64,000 nt of DNA from Myxococcota bacterium (GTDB taxonomy: Bacteria > Myxococcota_A > Polyangia > Nannocystales > Nannocystaceae). This document shows positions 60,671 to 64,000 of this stretch, one piece after another. A program made the position numbers and the translations under genes. The notes under the pieces were generated by a model that saw only the letters and a list, made by a program, of their open reading frames with translations, made no database searches and had not been told where the DNA came from. The stretch lies in the NCBI GenBank assembly GCA_039028615.1, contig JBCCHT010000009.1, positions 212,889-276,888 of the forward strand, in the 5' to 3' direction. Each line of letters starts with the position of its first letter. Position 1 is the first letter of the stretch.

Positions 60671-62383
60671 ATGGCGGAACTTTGGTTACGTCCGTACGTC
60701 GTACGATGGCGAAAACGCAGCCGTAGGCCAGCGTTGGCGCTCGGCGCAATGATGCTGCTGAGCGGCTGCTATACGGGACTGGAAGCCGGTCAGGGCCCAG
60801 ATTTGGGCACCGACGACGGCAATGACGGCGAAGATGCGGGGTCCGACGAGGTCCCGGCCGAGCTCGAGCCGGCTCCGGCCGCGCTGCGCCTGCTTCTACA
60901 GCGTCAGCACGTCAATGCGGTGCGGGATCTGTTGGGCGAAGAGGCGGCGGCCGCTGCTAGCCCGCCCCAGAACATCGCGCTCAACGGTTTCGACGCGGTC
61001 GGTGCGTCTCAGCAGGCGCTGAGCGACGCCGAGGTCGATGCCTTCGAGCAATCGGCGCGCGCGGTGGTCGATGCGGCCGCGGCTGCGGGCACCGTCGACA
61101 CCTGGCTGGCCTGCGATCCTGCGACGACGGGCGAGGGCCCCTGTATGGAGCAGGTGGTCGAGAGCTTCGGTCGCATGGCGTGGCGTCGGCCCCTGGTCGA
61201 CGAGGAAATCCAGCGCTACGCGGCGGTCGGCACCGCGGCGGCCACCGACTACGGGAGCTTCACCCGAGGCATCCGAGAGGCGATGGCCGCCATGCTCCAG
61301 TCGCCGCACTTCCTCTATCAGGTGGAAATCGGCGAGCCCGATCCCGAGGACGCCTCGCGGCGGCGGCTCACCGCATACGAACTCGCCACCCGGCTCTCCT
61401 TCTTCTTGCTGGACACCACGCCCGACGCCGAGCTGCTGGCGGATGCGGAAGCGGGGCTGCTGTCCGACGCCGACGGCATCACCGAGGCGGCGTGGCGCCT
61501 GCTCGAGCGACCGGGGGCCCGAGAGTCGCTGGGGCACTTCTTCGGCGAGGTCTGGCGGCTTCGCAACCTGCCGTCGCTGCCCAAGGACCTGGGCACCTTC
61601 CCGCAGTGGTCCCCCGAGCTGGCCGAGGCCATGCGCCGCGAGACGCTGGCCCTGGTCGACGACCTGGTATGGGAGCAGGAGGCCGACTTCCGCGAGGTCT
61701 TCACCGCCGACTACACCTTCGTCAACGCCCAGCTCGGCTACCACTACGGTCTGCCGCAAGCGGCGTCGCTGGGTGAGGACTTCACGCGGGTCGAGCTCGG
61801 CGGGCACGACGGGCGGGCGGGGCTGTTCGGCCAAGCGAGCTTCGCCTCGCTGCTGTCGCACGTGTCGAGCACTTCGCCGACGCTGCGCGGCAAGTTCGTG
61901 CTCGAGAACATCTTGTGCCGCACCGTGCCGCCGCCGCCCCCGGGGGTGGTCACCGACCTGCCGCCCACCGACGAGGCCACCACGATGCGGGAGCGCCTGG
62001 AGATCCACATGAGCGACCCGACCTGTCGGGGCTGCCACGCCATGATGGACCCCATCGGCTTCGGGCTCGAGAACTACGATGGCATCGGGGCCTTTCGCAC
62101 CGAGGACAACGGCTACCCGATCGACGCTTCGGCCGAGATCGACGGCGAGCCCTTCGACGGCGCGGCCGGCCTGGGCAAGGCGGTGGCCGAGATCCCGGGC
62201 ACCTCCGGCTGCCTCGTACGCAACCTCTATCGCCACGCGACCGGGCACATCGAGACCCCGGGCGAGGCCAGCTCCATCAACATCCTGCAAGATTCCTTCA
62301 TCGAGTCGGGCTATCGCATGCAAGACCTCATGGTCGAGATCGCGGCCAGCCCGGCCTTTCGCCTCGTCGCCGAGCCGGAGTGA
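60671..62383 (+). CDS. DUF1592/DUF1588/DUF1595-domain lipoprotein
   Basis: LQSPHFLY, YELATRLSFFL, TSPTLRG, CxxCH (CRGCH)..DPIGFGLENYD; start uncertain. Confidence 0.9.
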   Translation: MAELWLRPYVVRWRKRSRRPALALGAMMLLSGCYTGLEAGQGPDLGTDDGNDGEDAGSDEVPAELEPAPAALRLLLQRQHVNAVRDLLGEEAAAAASPPQNIALNGFDAVGASQQALSDAEVDAFEQSARAVVDAAAAAGTVDTWLACDPATTGEGPCMEQVVESFGRMAWRRPLVDEEIQRYAAVGTAAATDYGSFTRGIREAMAAMLQSPHFLYQVEIGEPDPEDASRRRLTAYELATRLSFFLLDTTPDAELLADAEAGLLSDADGITEAAWRLLERPGARESLGHFFGEVWRLRNLPSLPKDLGTFPQWSPELAEAMRRETLALVDDLVWEQEADFREVFTADYTFVNAQLGYHYGLPQAASLGEDFTRVELGGHDGRAGLFGQASFASLLSHVSSTSPTLRGKFVLENILCRTVPPPPPGVVTDLPPTDEATTMRERLEIHMSDPTCRGCHAMMDPIGFGLENYDGIGAFRTEDNGYPIDASAEIDGEPFDGAAGLGKAVAEIPGTSGCLVRNLYRHATGHIETPGEASSINILQDSFIESGYRMQDLMVEIAASPAFRLVAEPE

Positions 62384-62388
62384 GAACC

Positions 62389-63759
62389 ATGGTCAGCAAA
62401 CGTCTCAGGCTCAGTCGAAGAACGATGCTCCGCGGGATGGTGGGAGGCAGCATGGTCGCGCTGGCCCTGCCGCCGCTCGAGGCCATGCTCGATGCGCACG
62501 GCGAGGCCCATGCCGACGGCACCGAGCTGCCCCGGCGGCTCGTCACGTGGTTTTGGGGCAATGGCGTGGCGGTGGCCGACATCGGCAACCCGGGTGGTCC
62601 GCTGCGCTTCTTCCCCGCGGAGACCGGGCCCGGCTACTCGCTCACGCCGCAGCTGCAGCCCTTCGAGCCGGTGCGCGACTACGTGTCCGTGCTGTCCGGC
62701 TACCAGGTCTCCGCCTCGTTCCCGCTGCGGCGGGGTCATCACGATGGCGTGGCGATCTTCTCCGGGCATCCCTTCGTGGAGCTCCCGCCCGGCTCGGCCA
62801 ACTACGCGAGCAAGTTCGGGGGGCCCACCCTCGACCAGGTGGTGGCCGAGGAGATCGGCAGCGAGACCTTCCTGCCCTCGATCCAGCTCGCCGTCTCGCG
62901 GCGCATCGTCACGGGCGAGGGTTTTGGGCTGCAGTTCCTGTCGCACAAGGGTCCCGACCAGCCGCTGCCGCAGATCTTCGATCCGCGGGAGGCCTGGGAC
63001 CGCCTGTTCGCCTCGTTCACCGTGCCCGACGACCCGACCAAGCCCCATCGCTTGGCCGCTCTCGACGCGGTGATGGTCGACGCCGAGGCGCTCAAGGGGC
63101 GCGTCAGCACGACGGATCGCCATCGCATCGATGCGCACATGGGCGCGGTGGCCCAGCTGCGCTCACAGATCGACGCCCTGGCGCCCAACTGCGAGATCCC
63201 GCCCGAGCCGACCCAGGCCAACGACGCGATGAACGGCAACGAGCCGATCGAAGAGGTCAACCGGGTGATGTCCGACCTCATCGCCTTGGCGTTCTCCTGC
63301 GACGTCACCCGGGTGGCGAGCGTGCAGTTCACCGGCTCGGTGGGCGGCACCGTGTTCCATATGCTGGGCCAGAGCACGGGGCACCACGACCTGACCCACG
63401 ACGGCGGCGCGAACGAGGAGGTCGATGCCTCGACCATCTACACCATGGAGCGGCTGTCCGAGCTGCTGCAGGGCTTGGCCGCGACGCCCGATGGTGCGGG
63501 CAACCTGCTCGACAACAGCGTGGTGTTCGCCAGCTCGGATGCCTCGTCCGGGCTCACCCACGCGGTGACCAACATGCCGATCATCGTCGCCGGAGGCGGC
63601 GGCGGGGCGCTGGTGCACCCCGGGGTGCACCTGGCCTCCGAGTCGGGCAACAGCTCCGACGTGCTGCTCAGCTGCGCGCGCACGGTGTGCCCGGAGCTGC
63701 CCGAGATCGGCAGCGGCAACGGCCGCTCGGCGTCGACCGTCTCGGGTCTCATGGCCTGA
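62389..63759 (+). CDS. DUF1552-domain protein with Tat-like signal
   Basis: SRRTMLRG, LPPLEAM, DPREAWDRLF, AFSCDVTRV, LLDNS. Confidence 0.9.
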   Translation: MVSKRLRLSRRTMLRGMVGGSMVALALPPLEAMLDAHGEAHADGTELPRRLVTWFWGNGVAVADIGNPGGPLRFFPAETGPGYSLTPQLQPFEPVRDYVSVLSGYQVSASFPLRRGHHDGVAIFSGHPFVELPPGSANYASKFGGPTLDQVVAEEIGSETFLPSIQLAVSRRIVTGEGFGLQFLSHKGPDQPLPQIFDPREAWDRLFASFTVPDDPTKPHRLAALDAVMVDAEALKGRVSTTDRHRIDAHMGAVAQLRSQIDALAPNCEIPPEPTQANDAMNGNEPIEEVNRVMSDLIALAFSCDVTRVASVQFTGSVGGTVFHMLGQSTGHHDLTHDGGANEEVDASTIYTMERLSELLQGLAATPDGAGNLLDNSVVFASSDASSGLTHAVTNMPIIVAGGGGGALVHPGVHLASESGNSSDVLLSCARTVCPELPEIGSGNGRSASTVSGLMA

Positions 63760-63780
63760 GCGCCCTACGATGGTGCATGG

Positions 63781-63814
63781 TCCCGGTCGAGCGCAGGGCT
63801 CGACCGGGATTTTT
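63781..63814 (+). terminator. Intrinsic terminator
   Basis: TCCCGGTCGAGC-gcagg-GCTCGACCGGGA-TTTTT. Confidence 0.8.
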
Positions 63815-63821
63815 GCGTGCG

Positions 63822-64000
63822 CTACGGCAGCGGCGGCAGCTCGATCGTCGTCAGCTCGATCCGTGAGGGGTGCTTCGCATCGCGGTAGACCCGGTGCGTC
63901 GCGCTCACGAAGTCGTCGTCCTTGGCTTCGAAGATGTTGTCCACCCACTTCTGCGGGTTGCGATCGACGAGCGGGAACCACGTGCTCTGCACCTGGATCA
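63822..64000 (-). CDS. CocE/NonD-family hydrolase, C-terminal fragment
   Basis: Hand translation: IQVQSTWFPLVDRNPQKWVDNIFEAKDDDF..ATHRVY. Confidence 0.8.
   Translation of the reverse strand, partial: IQVQSTWFPLVDRNPQKWVDNIFEAKDDDFVSATHRVYRDAKHPSRIELTTIELPPLP

Overview
GC-rich window, most likely from a myxobacterium (Nannocystaceae-like), judging by the MYXO-CTERM tails, AgmX/PglI, DUF2330 and DUF1592/DUF1552 genes. Positions 1-26.2 kb hold the 3' part of a translationally coupled extracellular contractile injection system (eCIS) operon: gp25-like and J-like baseplate genes, a tail-I-domain protein, four paralogous proteins sharing an N-terminal domain, a tape measure, an AAA+ ATPase, a 1698-aa DUF4157 protein with an AHH-type nuclease tip, a putative immunity gene and a pentapeptide-repeat gene. 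The rest is mostly core-type genes: a FadR/GntR-led oxidoreductase operon with a visible operator, an Rpn nuclease with an internal start, a short-chain fatty-acid module, prkA divergent from yhbH-spoVR, PP2C, and several lipoproteins. The most novel-looking element is a small stand-alone unit at about 44.56-44.97 kb: a promoter, an unannotated 33-codon ORF ending in CQQQCACVCG, competing hairpins, then tRNA-Cys(GCA) and tRNA-Gln(UUG). This is a candidate leader-peptide attenuator for its cognate tRNA genes. A palindromic MITE-like element and many apparently leaderless or bidirectional promoters are also present. All family calls come from motif recognition by eye; no database searches were run.
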